Of a stretch of 64,000 nt of DNA, positions 1-8,923 are shown piece by piece. The notes beneath the pieces are model-generated. The model was not told the origin of the DNA. It saw only the letters and a list, made by a program, of their open reading frames with translations, and made no database searches. The stretch spans positions 14,955 to 78,954 of the forward strand of contig JAWCKG010000006.1 of NCBI GenBank assembly GCA_038852285.1. The letters run 5' to 3'. A program made the translations under genes and the position numbers. This DNA comes from Candidatus Bathyarchaeia archaeon. Its GTDB lineage: Archaea; Thermoproteota; Bathyarchaeia; 40CM-2-53-6; DTGE01. The number at the start of each line of letters is the position of its first letter. Position 1 is the stretch's first letter.

Positions 1-2
1 AT

Positions 3-1127
3 ACAGGGTACTTAAGGTTCAATGGGCAGAAGCGTCGGGTGGTGTCGGCTGAAAAGGTTGGTTTAGTAGTGGTGCATAGGCTGGATGGAGAACCGCCTAA
101 GCCCGGTACGGCTGTTGAAGGGTTTGTTGACGAAGAACGGAGAAGAAGCTTGATGAGGCATCACACGGCCACTCACATACTCATAGGGGCGGCTAGGAGG
201 ATTCTAGGAGAGCACGCTTGGCAGGCCGGGGCTAGGAAGGAGGCTGATAGAAGCAGACTTGACATATCCCATTATAAGCCGTTAAGCTGGGAAGAGGTGA
301 AGAGGCTGGAGGAAATGGCCTGCGAGGTTGTGGTGAAAGACCTGCCTGTAGAGGTTTCCTGGATGCCTAGGCACGAAGCGGAGAAACAGCATGGGTTCCG
401 CATATATCAAGGCGGGGCTGTTCCAGGAAAAGAGTTGAGAATCGTCAACATCAAGGGGTGGGATGTGGAGGCGTGTGGTGGAACCCATTGCCGGAGAACC
501 GGCGAAGTAGGGCTGATTAAAATCTTGAAAGTTGAAAGGCCCCAAGATGGCGTGGAGAGGTTGATCTTCGCCACAGGGCCTCAAGCGTTAAGATACGTTC
601 AGGAGGCGGAGCGCGTGGCGTTAAAGGCGGCTGAGCACCTTAAAACCTCAATCAGCGAGTTGGAAGCGGCTGTAAGAGAGCTGGTTGAAAAGGAAAAGGC
701 TCAGCGTAGAAAGCTGGCGAAACTTATGCTGGAGGCCGTTGAATCCGAAGCGGCCAGGCTACTGGGAAACGCGGTGAACGTCGACGGGTTAAAGGTGGTG
801 ACCGCTGTGAAGGAGGAAGGCGACGAAGAGAGCTTAATCACGCTTGCCAGCAGGGTGGTGGAGCTTGACCCATCCGCCGTGGCGGTCGTCGCGTTAAGAG
901 ATAGAAACGCGAGGATATTTGTATCGGCTGGGAAGAAAGCTGAGGGCATGGGCGTCCACGCTGGGAAGATCGCTTCAGAAGTCGCCGATGCCCTGGGGGG
1001 AGGAGGTGGGGGGAAAAGCTACTTCGGTCAAGGAGGAGGACCAAAAGTGAGGGCGTTGGAAGAGGCGTTGAGAAGGGTTGAAGAACACGTTAGAAAGCGG
1101 TTGAGCGAGCATGCGGAAAAGGGTTAA
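3..1127 (+). CDS. alaS: alanyl-tRNA synthetase, C-terminal part (5' end outside window)
   Basis: The frame is open from the window edge. It carries editing-domain metal motifs HTATH and CGGTHC and a DHHA1-like C-terminus GGGGGGKSYFGQGGG. Confidence 0.85.
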   Translation, partial: TGYLRFNGQKRRVVSAEKVGLVVVHRLDGEPPKPGTAVEGFVDEERRRSLMRHHTATHILIGAARRILGEHAWQAGARKEADRSRLDISHYKPLSWEEVKRLEEMACEVVVKDLPVEVSWMPRHEAEKQHGFRIYQGGAVPGKELRIVNIKGWDVEACGGTHCRRTGEVGLIKILKVERPQDGVERLIFATGPQALRYVQEAERVALKAAEHLKTSISELEAAVRELVEKEKAQRRKLAKLMLEAVESEAARLLGNAVNVDGLKVVTAVKEEGDEESLITLASRVVELDPSAVAVVALRDRNARIFVSAGKKAEGMGVHAGKIASEVADALGGGGGGKSYFGQGGGPKVRALEEALRRVEEHVRKRLSEHAEKG

Positions 1128-4044
1128 CGTGGACTGGGGCTCATTAGAGGCGAAATGGCTTAAAAGGTGGGGTGAAAGTCGGATCTTCGAGGCGAATCCG
1201 AATCCTGGAAAAAAGAAGTTTTTCTTAACCGTAGCCTACCCGTATCCTAACTCACCCCAACACATTGGGCATGGAAGAACCTACACCTTGGCCGACGCCT
1301 ACGCCCGATACCTGAGGATGAGGGGGTACAACGTTCTATTCCCCATGGGATTCCACTACACGGGCACACCGGTCCTAGCTATGGCTAAGAGGCTTAAGAT
1401 GGGGGACAAAGAGCTGGCTGAAACATTCACGAAAATATACAAGGTTCCTGAGGAGACCCTAGCCGAGTTCAATGAACCCATGAGGATAGCCCAATATTTC
1501 CACAGGGAAATTAAAGATGGGATGAGGTCGATGGGTTACTCCATCGACTGGCGTAGGGAGTTCACCACCATCGACCCACCGTACAGTAAGTTCATCGAAT
1601 GGCAGTTCGAGGTTCTACGTGAAAGGGGGTTGATAAAGAAGGGAAGCCACCCCGTTGGATGGTGTCCTGCCTGCGGAAACCCCGTGGGGCAACATGACAC
1701 CGTAGGGGACGTGGAGCCGGAAATCGAAGAGTTCACCCTGATTAAATTCCAGTTGCCGAAATCCATAGCTCCAACAGCCACCCTTAGGCCTGAAACGGTG
1801 TACGGCGTCACAAACATATGGGTAAACCCTGAATCTGAGTACGTGGAAGCTGAAGTTGACGGTGAAAGCTGGGTCGTGAGTCGAGAAGCGTCTGAGAAGC
1901 TCAAGCTTTTAAACAGGGTGGTGAAGGTGAAAAGGTCCTTTAAAGGCCATGAGCTGCTCGGACAGTTGGCTGTAAACCCAGCCAATGGATCTAAGATCCC
2001 CATCCTGCCAGCCGGGTTTGTGGACCCGGATAACGCCACCGGCGTTGTGATGTCTGTTCCAGCCCACGCTCCCTTCGATTTCCAAGCTTTGCTGGACCTG
2101 AAGAGAAGCATGGAAACATTAAACAGGTATGGAATAAACCCATCCCTCGTGGAGGAGTTAAAGCCCATACCCATCATACGTGTTGAAGGCTACGCGTCCG
2201 TGCCCGCTGAGGAAGCCGTTTTAAGGAGAAAAATTATCGATCAAAATGACCCTAGGCTTGAAGAAGCCACCGAGGAGGTTTATAGCCGGGAATTTCACAA
2301 GGGAGTAATGGCCCCTGGAACCGAGCCCTACGCTGGGCTGCCCGTTCAGGAAGCCAAGCGAAGGCTGATCGAAGACTTCCTGCAATCCGGTAAAGCGGAT
2401 AAGATGTATGAGATAATCAACAAACCTGTGACCTGTAGGTGTGGTGCCAGATGCGTCGTCAAGGTGTTCGAAGACCAATGGTTCATCGACTACGGGGATC
2501 AGGAGTGGAAGTCGAAGGCTTTGAAATGCCTCTCCCATATGAGGATCCTGCCGGATGAGATCAAAACAGAGTTCGAGTACACCGTATGGTGGTTGAAGGA
2601 GAAGGCCTGCGCTAGGAGGGAAGGCTTAGGGACAAAGTTGCCTTGGGATAAAAGATGGGTGATCGAAAGCCTCTCCGACTCCGTCATATACATGGCCTAC
2701 TATACGATAGCCCACTTGATCCGCAAATATAACGTGGACGCGGAGAAGCTTGACAAGCAGGTCTTCAACCACATTTTCCTCGGACAAGGCGACCCAGATC
2801 AAATATCGAAAGAAACAGGCGTCAGCCTCCAAGCCCTGAAGGCCATGAGGGATGAGTTCCAATACTTCTATCCCCTTGACAGCAGGCACTCAGGGCGAGA
2901 CTTGGTTCCAAACCACTTAACCTTCTTTATATTCAATCATGTGGCGATTTTCCCCCCTGGCCTATGGCCGAAGCAGATCATCGTCAACGGTAGCGTGTTG
3001 ATGGAGGGGAAGAAGATGTCCAAATCCTTTGGAAACATCATTCCCTTAAAGGATGGTGTGAAAGAATATGGGGCCGACGCCTTAAGGCTCGCCATTCTCT
3101 CCGCAGCTGGTTTACTGCAAGACGCGGATTTCAGCCCTAACCTGGCGCGAAGCCTCAGGGAGAGGCTGGAGCGACTCTACTGGACAGCCTTGGAAACTGC
3201 TGCGAAGCCGAAGCCTCAATCTCTTGAAAGGCCCATGTACGGAATCGAGGAGAGGTGGCTTTTCAGCCGCCTTAACAGAGCTGTTAAGAGCGTAACAGAA
3301 GCCATGGAGGAGCTGAGGGTTAGAGACGCGGCTCAAATGGCGCTGTTTAACCTAGACCATGATGTGCATTGGTATGTGAGAAAGGCCTTATCGGATGCAA
3401 GCCCTGACCGAGTCCCTGTTGTAGAGGCCGCTTTGAGACGCGTATTAGAGGTAAGGGTGAAGCTACTCGCCCCCTTCGCCCCCTTCATATGTGAGGAGAT
3501 ATGGGAAATGCTGGGGGGAGAGGGATTCGTCTCCACGTCGGAGTGGCCGAGCTGCGACGAGGAGGCGTTAGACCCGGAGGCTGAGGAGGCCGTTGATCTG
3601 ATTAGGAAATTGGTTGAAGACGTGTCAAACATAGTTAAAGCTACAGGCATCTCCCCAAGCAGGGTAATTGTCTACACATGCGCACCTTGGAAGACTCGAA
3701 TCTACCGTGAAATCCTCCAAACGCCTCATGGAAATCTAAGGATGGATGAGCTGATAAACAAGGTGAGGCGTGAAATCGATTTAAAGGAAGCTGACCGGCA
3801 AATCGGAAAATACGCAAGCCTGATCATGAAGGAAACATCCACCATGCCTGAGGATCTAAAGGAGAGAAAGGTTAAAGCCTTAAACTTGGATGAAAAAAGC
3901 CTGCTGTTAAACGCGAAAAGCTTCTTGGAAAAAGAGTTGAAGGCTGCCCTAGAGGTTTACAGCGAAGAAGACCCTGAAAAATATGATCCTAAAAGTCGAG
4001 CCCACTTATCCCAACCCCTGAGGCCAGCCATATTCATAGAATAA
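1111..4044 (+). CDS. leuS: leucyl-tRNA synthetase (archaeal type)
   Basis: Class I HIGH motif (PQHIGHGRTY) and KMSKS motif (KKMSKSFGN). At 977 aa with a CP1 insertion. The start overlaps the alaS stop by 17 nt. Confidence 0.93.
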   Translation: MRKRVNVDWGSLEAKWLKRWGESRIFEANPNPGKKKFFLTVAYPYPNSPQHIGHGRTYTLADAYARYLRMRGYNVLFPMGFHYTGTPVLAMAKRLKMGDKELAETFTKIYKVPEETLAEFNEPMRIAQYFHREIKDGMRSMGYSIDWRREFTTIDPPYSKFIEWQFEVLRERGLIKKGSHPVGWCPACGNPVGQHDTVGDVEPEIEEFTLIKFQLPKSIAPTATLRPETVYGVTNIWVNPESEYVEAEVDGESWVVSREASEKLKLLNRVVKVKRSFKGHELLGQLAVNPANGSKIPILPAGFVDPDNATGVVMSVPAHAPFDFQALLDLKRSMETLNRYGINPSLVEELKPIPIIRVEGYASVPAEEAVLRRKIIDQNDPRLEEATEEVYSREFHKGVMAPGTEPYAGLPVQEAKRRLIEDFLQSGKADKMYEIINKPVTCRCGARCVVKVFEDQWFIDYGDQEWKSKALKCLSHMRILPDEIKTEFEYTVWWLKEKACARREGLGTKLPWDKRWVIESLSDSVIYMAYYTIAHLIRKYNVDAEKLDKQVFNHIFLGQGDPDQISKETGVSLQALKAMRDEFQYFYPLDSRHSGRDLVPNHLTFFIFNHVAIFPPGLWPKQIIVNGSVLMEGKKMSKSFGNIIPLKDGVKEYGADALRLAILSAAGLLQDADFSPNLARSLRERLERLYWTALETAAKPKPQSLERPMYGIEERWLFSRLNRAVKSVTEAMEELRVRDAAQMALFNLDHDVHWYVRKALSDASPDRVPVVEAALRRVLEVRVKLLAPFAPFICEEIWEMLGGEGFVSTSEWPSCDEEALDPEAEEAVDLIRKLVEDVSNIVKATGISPSRVIVYTCAPWKTRIYREILQTPHGNLRMDELINKVRREIDLKEADRQIGKYASLIMKETSTMPEDLKERKVKALNLDEKSLLLNAKSFLEKELKAALEVYSEEDPEKYDPKSRAHLSQPLRPAIFIE

Positions 4045-4199
4045 CCCTGACTAGGGATTAAAAGGGTTCGGCGAGTAGAAAGTTTTCCATCAACTAACAC
4101 CACGCATGATGGGAAATGAGGTTAAAATTTTAAGGTTCAAATTTTAATGATCACTGATGGGCGTTCAATTCGGTCAGGATGGAAAGTAATCCATATATG

Positions 4200-4277
4200 T
4201 GGCGGGCCCGCGGGGATTTGAACCCCGGACCTCCGGCTTAGAGGGCCAGCGCTCCGTCCAGGCTGAGCTACGGGCCC
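4200..4277 (-). tRNA. tRNA-Arg (anticodon UCU), CCA encoded, no intron
   Basis: The reverse complement folds as GGGCCCG-TA-GCTC-AGCCTGGACG-GAGC-G-CTGGC-CCTCTAA-GCCGG-AGGTC-CGGGG-TTCAAAT-CCCCG-CGGGCCC-G-CCA. All four stems are intact. Position 33 of the anticodon loop is C instead of U. Confidence 0.8.
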
Positions 4278-4302
4278 ATTTCATTAAGATTTAAGAAACC
4301 AG

Positions 4303-4321
4303 CTATTTTATTTTTACTTAA
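4303..4321 (-). promoter_or_regulatory. TATA-like AT-rich box upstream of tRNA-Arg
   Basis: The minus strand reads TAAGTAAAAATAAAATAGC about 26-44 nt upstream of the tRNA 5' end. Confidence 0.3.
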
Positions 4322-4597
4322 CATCGCTGAGAAGAAATCCTATGAGCAAAAGTTTCAATGATCAACACTTAATGACATTAAAGGGGAGGGACCCTAGACC
4401 CAAATGTCTCAACGCTTTTTTTCTAGAATACTTGTGGAGTGTCTAGGTCAGCGTTATTTAAGCGATTTCCATCTCATTCCCTGGATTTATTTTCATCGAT
4501 AGGGGAGTCTTGAAATAATTTTTTAGATAAAGATTTTTAAGAGGCGCTAGTCGACGTTATACCGTTGACACTTTACGAGATGGTGTGTGAAATCGAT

Positions 4598-4912
4598 ATG
4601 CCCATCGATCCTGAGTTTATGAAGAAGTTGGAGAAAACTGGAGAGCATAGTGGACACGCGGTGTGGGGTGAGGTGAAGCCCCCTGATAAGCTAGGAATTC
4701 ATGGAACCACAGTAGCCGTCGACTGGGATGTATGCGACGGAGATGAAGTATGTGTAGGGGTCTGCCCTGTAAACGTTTTCGAAATGGTCGACACTCCAGG
4801 GCATCCCACATCAAGCAAGAAATCAGATCCCGCGAGGGAATCTGAGTGCATTCAATGCTTAGCTTGTGAAGTTCAATGTCCAACTCAGGCCATTAAAATC
4901 ACGCCTCCCTAG
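4598..4912 (+). CDS. zfx: Zn-containing 7Fe ferredoxin (Sulfolobus zfx type)
   Basis: N-terminal extension with EHSGH and GIHG (Zn ligands). Cluster motifs CDGDEVCVGVCP (CxxDxxCxxxCP, 3Fe-4S) and CIQCLACEVQCP (4Fe-4S). I prefer the ATG at 4598 over the TTG at 4565. Confidence 0.85.
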   Translation: MPIDPEFMKKLEKTGEHSGHAVWGEVKPPDKLGIHGTTVAVDWDVCDGDEVCVGVCPVNVFEMVDTPGHPTSSKKSDPARESECIQCLACEVQCPTQAIKITPP

Positions 4913-5291
4913 CCGAGCAATCCAATCTTAGCTTAAAAGACCCTTAACCCTAAATTTTTTCATCCGGTTTAGAAATTCGCGTAAAAGTAGCAGTCAATGA
5001 ATCATAGAGTGTCCCCAGTCTGCTGAGGTTTATTAACCACTTCATCTCGGCTGTCAAGATAAGGTTTAGTTGGACCGGTGGCCGGAGTTAATTAGGCTTC
5101 GAGGATGTTTGAAGGTTTCAGTGAGCTTTAACGATTAGTAGAAGCATACATTTTACATGGCGGTTATAAGCGGTTAAAGATTCGATCACTTTTCCGCAGC
5201 TGGGCCGTGAGGCGGCATAAAATTTATTAAATACGCCCGTTCAGCTATACGCCTGAAGCCCTAGGATCCATTTTAAGGGTTATCGTTCCGG

Positions 5292-5573
5292 ATGGGAGTG
5301 CATTTCCTCGTGAAGAAAATAGAAGGGGCGGAAACAAAAGGGTTTTCCGTGTTTAACCATGAATTGGTGCCGAAACACGTAATTTTAAAACAGGAAGAGG
5401 TGGAAGAGCTTCTTCATAAGCATCGCATAAAGCCTCATCAGCTTCCATACATTAAGGCTTCTGACCCAGCTGTCAGGGAGATTGGGGCGAATCCAGGTCA
5501 AATAGTGAAGATTATAAGGAAAAGCCCCACGGCTGGGGATCATGTATACTACCGTTTGGTAATAGAGGGATGA
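5292..5573 (+). CDS. rpoH: DNA-directed RNA polymerase subunit H (Rpb5 homolog)
   Basis: [12 protein letters not shown]...[10 protein letters not shown]...[14 protein letters not shown] signature, and its position directly upstream of rpoB. Confidence 0.9.
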   Translation: MGVHFLVKKIEGAETKGFSVFNHELVPKHVILKQEEVEELLHKHRIKPHQLPYIKASDPAVREIGANPGQIVKIIRKSPTAGDHVYYRLVIEG

Positions 5574-5577
5574 AAGG

Positions 5578-8500
5578 ATGCGGCTGAACGCCAACGACTT
5601 GTGGCGGTTGATGGAGCGTTTTCTGAAGCATGAGGGCCTTGTCCGACAGCATATAGATTCATACAACGACTTCATTGAAAACGGCCTGCAAGCCATAGTT
5701 GATGAGACTGGGGAAATACCCATCGAGGTGGAAGAATACCCGTTAAAAATTAAGCTGGGGAGAATCGAGGTGGGATTCCCCAGGGTAACGGAGGTGGATG
5801 GCGCGGAGCGGCAGATATACCCGATGGAGGCGAGGATTAGAAACCTCACATACTCGGCTCCCCTCCACCTGGAGATGACAACGATCATGGATGGAAGGGA
5901 GGTTTCAACGGAAAACGTTTACATAGGCGACATACCGATCATGCTTAAATCCAAGATTTGTCCTTTATCGAACCTCACCCCCAATGAGTTGATGAGCGTC
6001 GGTGAAGACCCCTTAGACCCGGGAGGGTACTTCATCATAAACGGCGCTGAAAGGGTGATAGTGGCCCTTGAAGACCTCGCTCCTAATAAGATCTTGGTCG
6101 AGGTGGAGCGTGGCGGAGCCACTCACACCTATAAGGCTAAGGTGTTCTCCACCACCGTTGGGTTTAGGGCTCGCATCGAGGCCAAGATGAAAAGCGATGG
6201 AGCCATATATGTTTCCATGCCCGGGATACCGGCGGACATACCTTTCACCATCCTTATGAAAGCCCTGGGCTTAGAGGAAGACGTGAAAATCGCCGAGGAA
6301 GTATCGCCCATCGACTACATTCAAAGCGAGCTTGAACCATCATTCGAGAAGGCTGTAGGCGTGACAACAACCCTTGAAGCCTTACTGTACCTAGGCAATA
6401 GGCTGGCGCCGGGTCAGGTGGAAGAGTATAGGGTGAAGAAGGCGGAAAGCGTTTTGGACAGGAACTTCCTTCCTCACCTCGGTAGGAAACCTGAAAACCG
6501 CCGAGACAAGGTTCACTTCCTAGCTGAAATCGCTAAGAGGCTGATAGAGCTCAAGCTGGGTTTAAGGGGGGAAGACGATAAAGACCATTACTGTAATAAA
6601 AGGATTAGACTCGCAGGTTCGCTGTTGGCCGACCTTTTCAGGATCGCGTTCCGAAACCTTGTGCGAGATCTAAAATATCAGTTGGAGAGGATAACTGTTA
6701 GAAGGCGGCATGAGCTTGTAATATCAAACTCCGTGAGGCCCGGCATCATAACGGAGAGGATTCAACACGCCGTGGCGACGGGGAACTGGGTTAGGGGTCG
6801 TGTTGGCGTAACCCAGTTGCTGGATCGAACCAACTTCTACTCCACGTTAAGTCACCTTAGAAGGCTTCAATCCCCCCTCAGCCGGAGCCAGCCCAACCTG
6901 GAAGCCAGGGACCTTCACCCAACCCATTGGGGAAGGCTCTGCCCCAGCGAGACCCCTGAGGGATCTAACTGCGGCCTCGTTAAAAACCTAGCCTTGTCAT
7001 CGGAGATATCGATAGGGGTTCCTCCAAGCGAGGTGAAAGAACAGTTAGAGAAGCTCGGCGTTATACCGGTGGAAAAAGCCGATTCAAAGCTCAGGGAGAA
7101 GGGGGTTAAAGTCTACATCGACGGCATCATCGCCGGATACTGTACGGATGGGTTAAAAGTGGCCGTGGAGGTTAGGAGGCTTAGACGTCAAGGGTTGATA
7201 AGCCCCCAGGTCAACGTGGCCTACTACCCATCCAAGCTAGGTGGAAACGATGAATTATACGTGAACTGCGACTCTGGAAGGGTGAGGAGGCCACTGATCA
7301 TCGTGGAAAACGGGGCTCCAAAGCTGAGCCCCGAGCTGTTGGAGAAGGTTAACGCGGGCGATGTTTCATGGAACAGCCTGCTGGAAAACGGCGTTGTCGA
7401 ATACCTGGATTCAGATGAAGAAGAAAACTCCTTCATCGCCCTAGATCCAAGCAAGATTACTCATGAAACAACACATTTAGAGATAGCGCCCTTCACAACG
7501 CTGGGGATCTGCGCCTCCCTAATACCGTACGCCGAGCATAACCAGTCGCCTAGAAACGCCTATGAATCCGCCATGGCGAAGCAAGCCCTTGGAATGTACG
7601 CTAGCAACCTGTTTAACAGAGTCGACTCCAGGGCCCACCTCCTCCACTATCCGCAATCTCCACTCGTGAAAACGAAGCCAATGGAAATTACCCAATACGA
7701 TGTTAGGCCCTCAGGGCAAAACTGCGTGGTGGCCATCCTATCATACCAGGGATACAACATGGAGGACGCCATCATAGTGAATAGGTCATCCATAGAGAGA
7801 GGCCTAGCCAGATCCACCTTCTACCGAAGCTACGAAGCTGAGTGCCGCCAGTACCTCGGAGGCCTAAGGGATAAGTTCGAGATCCCAGAGCCTGGAATCA
7901 GAGGATACCGTGGAGAGAAATATTACAGATTCCTCGAGGAGGATGGGGTTGTTCCAGCCGAGGTGGAGGTAGGTGGAAACATGGTTCTCATCGGCAGGAC
8001 AAGTCCCCCAAGGTTTCTTGAGGAGTACAGGGAGTTTGAGGTGAAGGGCCCGACTCGAAGGGATTCCTCGGTTTGTCTGAGACCATCCGAGGAAGGGGTT
8101 GTCGACGCCGTGTTCTTCACGGAGTCCATCGAGGGAAGCAGGCTGGTGAAGGTTCGTGTAAGGGACTTAAGGATCCCGGAGCTGGGGGATAAATTCGCGT
8201 CGAGACACGGCCAGAAAGGGGTCATAGGCCTTCTAGTCGCCAGCGAAGATATGCCCTTCACAGAAGACGGCCTAGTGCCCGACATGATCATAAACCCACA
8301 CGCCTTCCCCTCGAGGATGACGATAGGGCAGTTCATGGAGTCCCTTGCCGGGAAGGTCGCCGCCCTAACGGGGATTCCGGTTGATGGAACACCGTTCGCG
8401 AACATGGATCCTGAAAACCTTAGGAAAACGCTTCTTGAACTCGGCTTCCAACACAGCGGCCGCGAGGTGTTTTACAACGGGATTGACGGCCGGAAAATGG

Positions 8501-8922
8501 AGGCCGACGTGTATGTGGGAGTGGTTTACTATCAAAGGCTCCACCACATGGTTTCAGACAAGATGCACGCCAGGGCGAGGGGGCAGGTTCAAATGCTTAC
8601 GAGACAGCCCACGGAGGGAAGGGCTAGGGGCGGAGGCTTAAGATTCGGGGAGATGGAGAGGGATTGCCTCGTAGGACACGGGGCCTCAGCGCTGCTGATG
8701 GACCGGTTGCTGGAGGAATCGGATAAAACCACCGTCATGGTATGCGAAAAATGTGGATTACTGGCTTACTACGACGCGAAACAGAACAGATACGTATGCC
8801 GTGTCTGCGGCGAGAAGGCCGCCGTTTCGCTTGTGACCCTATCATACGCTTTCAAGCTGCTGGTTCAAGAGTTAATGGCCCTAGGCATCGCGCCTAAAAT
8901 AAAGTTGGAGGAAAAGGCTTAA
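5578..8922 (+). CDS. rpoB: DNA-directed RNA polymerase subunit B (unsplit)
   Basis: 1114 aa. Carries GDKFASRHGQKG, the PFTEDG...PDMIINPHAFPSRMTIGQ block and a C-terminal Zn motif CEKCG...CRVCG. Confidence 0.95.
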   Translation: MRLNANDLWRLMERFLKHEGLVRQHIDSYNDFIENGLQAIVDETGEIPIEVEEYPLKIKLGRIEVGFPRVTEVDGAERQIYPMEARIRNLTYSAPLHLEMTTIMDGREVSTENVYIGDIPIMLKSKICPLSNLTPNELMSVGEDPLDPGGYFIINGAERVIVALEDLAPNKILVEVERGGATHTYKAKVFSTTVGFRARIEAKMKSDGAIYVSMPGIPADIPFTILMKALGLEEDVKIAEEVSPIDYIQSELEPSFEKAVGVTTTLEALLYLGNRLAPGQVEEYRVKKAESVLDRNFLPHLGRKPENRRDKVHFLAEIAKRLIELKLGLRGEDDKDHYCNKRIRLAGSLLADLFRIAFRNLVRDLKYQLERITVRRRHELVISNSVRPGIITERIQHAVATGNWVRGRVGVTQLLDRTNFYSTLSHLRRLQSPLSRSQPNLEARDLHPTHWGRLCPSETPEGSNCGLVKNLALSSEISIGVPPSEVKEQLEKLGVIPVEKADSKLREKGVKVYIDGIIAGYCTDGLKVAVEVRRLRRQGLISPQVNVAYYPSKLGGNDELYVNCDSGRVRRPLIIVENGAPKLSPELLEKVNAGDVSWNSLLENGVVEYLDSDEEENSFIALDPSKITHETTHLEIAPFTTLGICASLIPYAEHNQSPRNAYESAMAKQALGMYASNLFNRVDSRAHLLHYPQSPLVKTKPMEITQYDVRPSGQNCVVAILSYQGYNMEDAIIVNRSSIERGLARSTFYRSYEAECRQYLGGLRDKFEIPEPGIRGYRGEKYYRFLEEDGVVPAEVEVGGNMVLIGRTSPPRFLEEYREFEVKGPTRRDSSVCLRPSEEGVVDAVFFTESIEGSRLVKVRVRDLRIPELGDKFASRHGQKGVIGLLVASEDMPFTEDGLVPDMIINPHAFPSRMTIGQFMESLAGKVAALTGIPVDGTPFANMDPENLRKTLLELGFQHSGREVFYNGIDGRKMEADVYVGVVYYQRLHHMVSDKMHARARGQVQMLTRQPTEGRARGGGLRFGEMERDCLVGHGASALLMDRLLEESDKTTVMVCEKCGLLAYYDAKQNRYVCRVCGEKAAVSLVTLSYAFKLLVQELMALGIAPKIKLEEKA

Positions 8923-8923
8923 A

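Noticed and set aside
4100-4195. Possible C/D box sRNA, from ATGATGG, ATGATCACTGATGG and nearby CTGA-like strings.
   Set aside because: There is no proper RUGAUGA box, and the spacing of the C, D', C' and D elements does not fit the 12-nt guide architecture.
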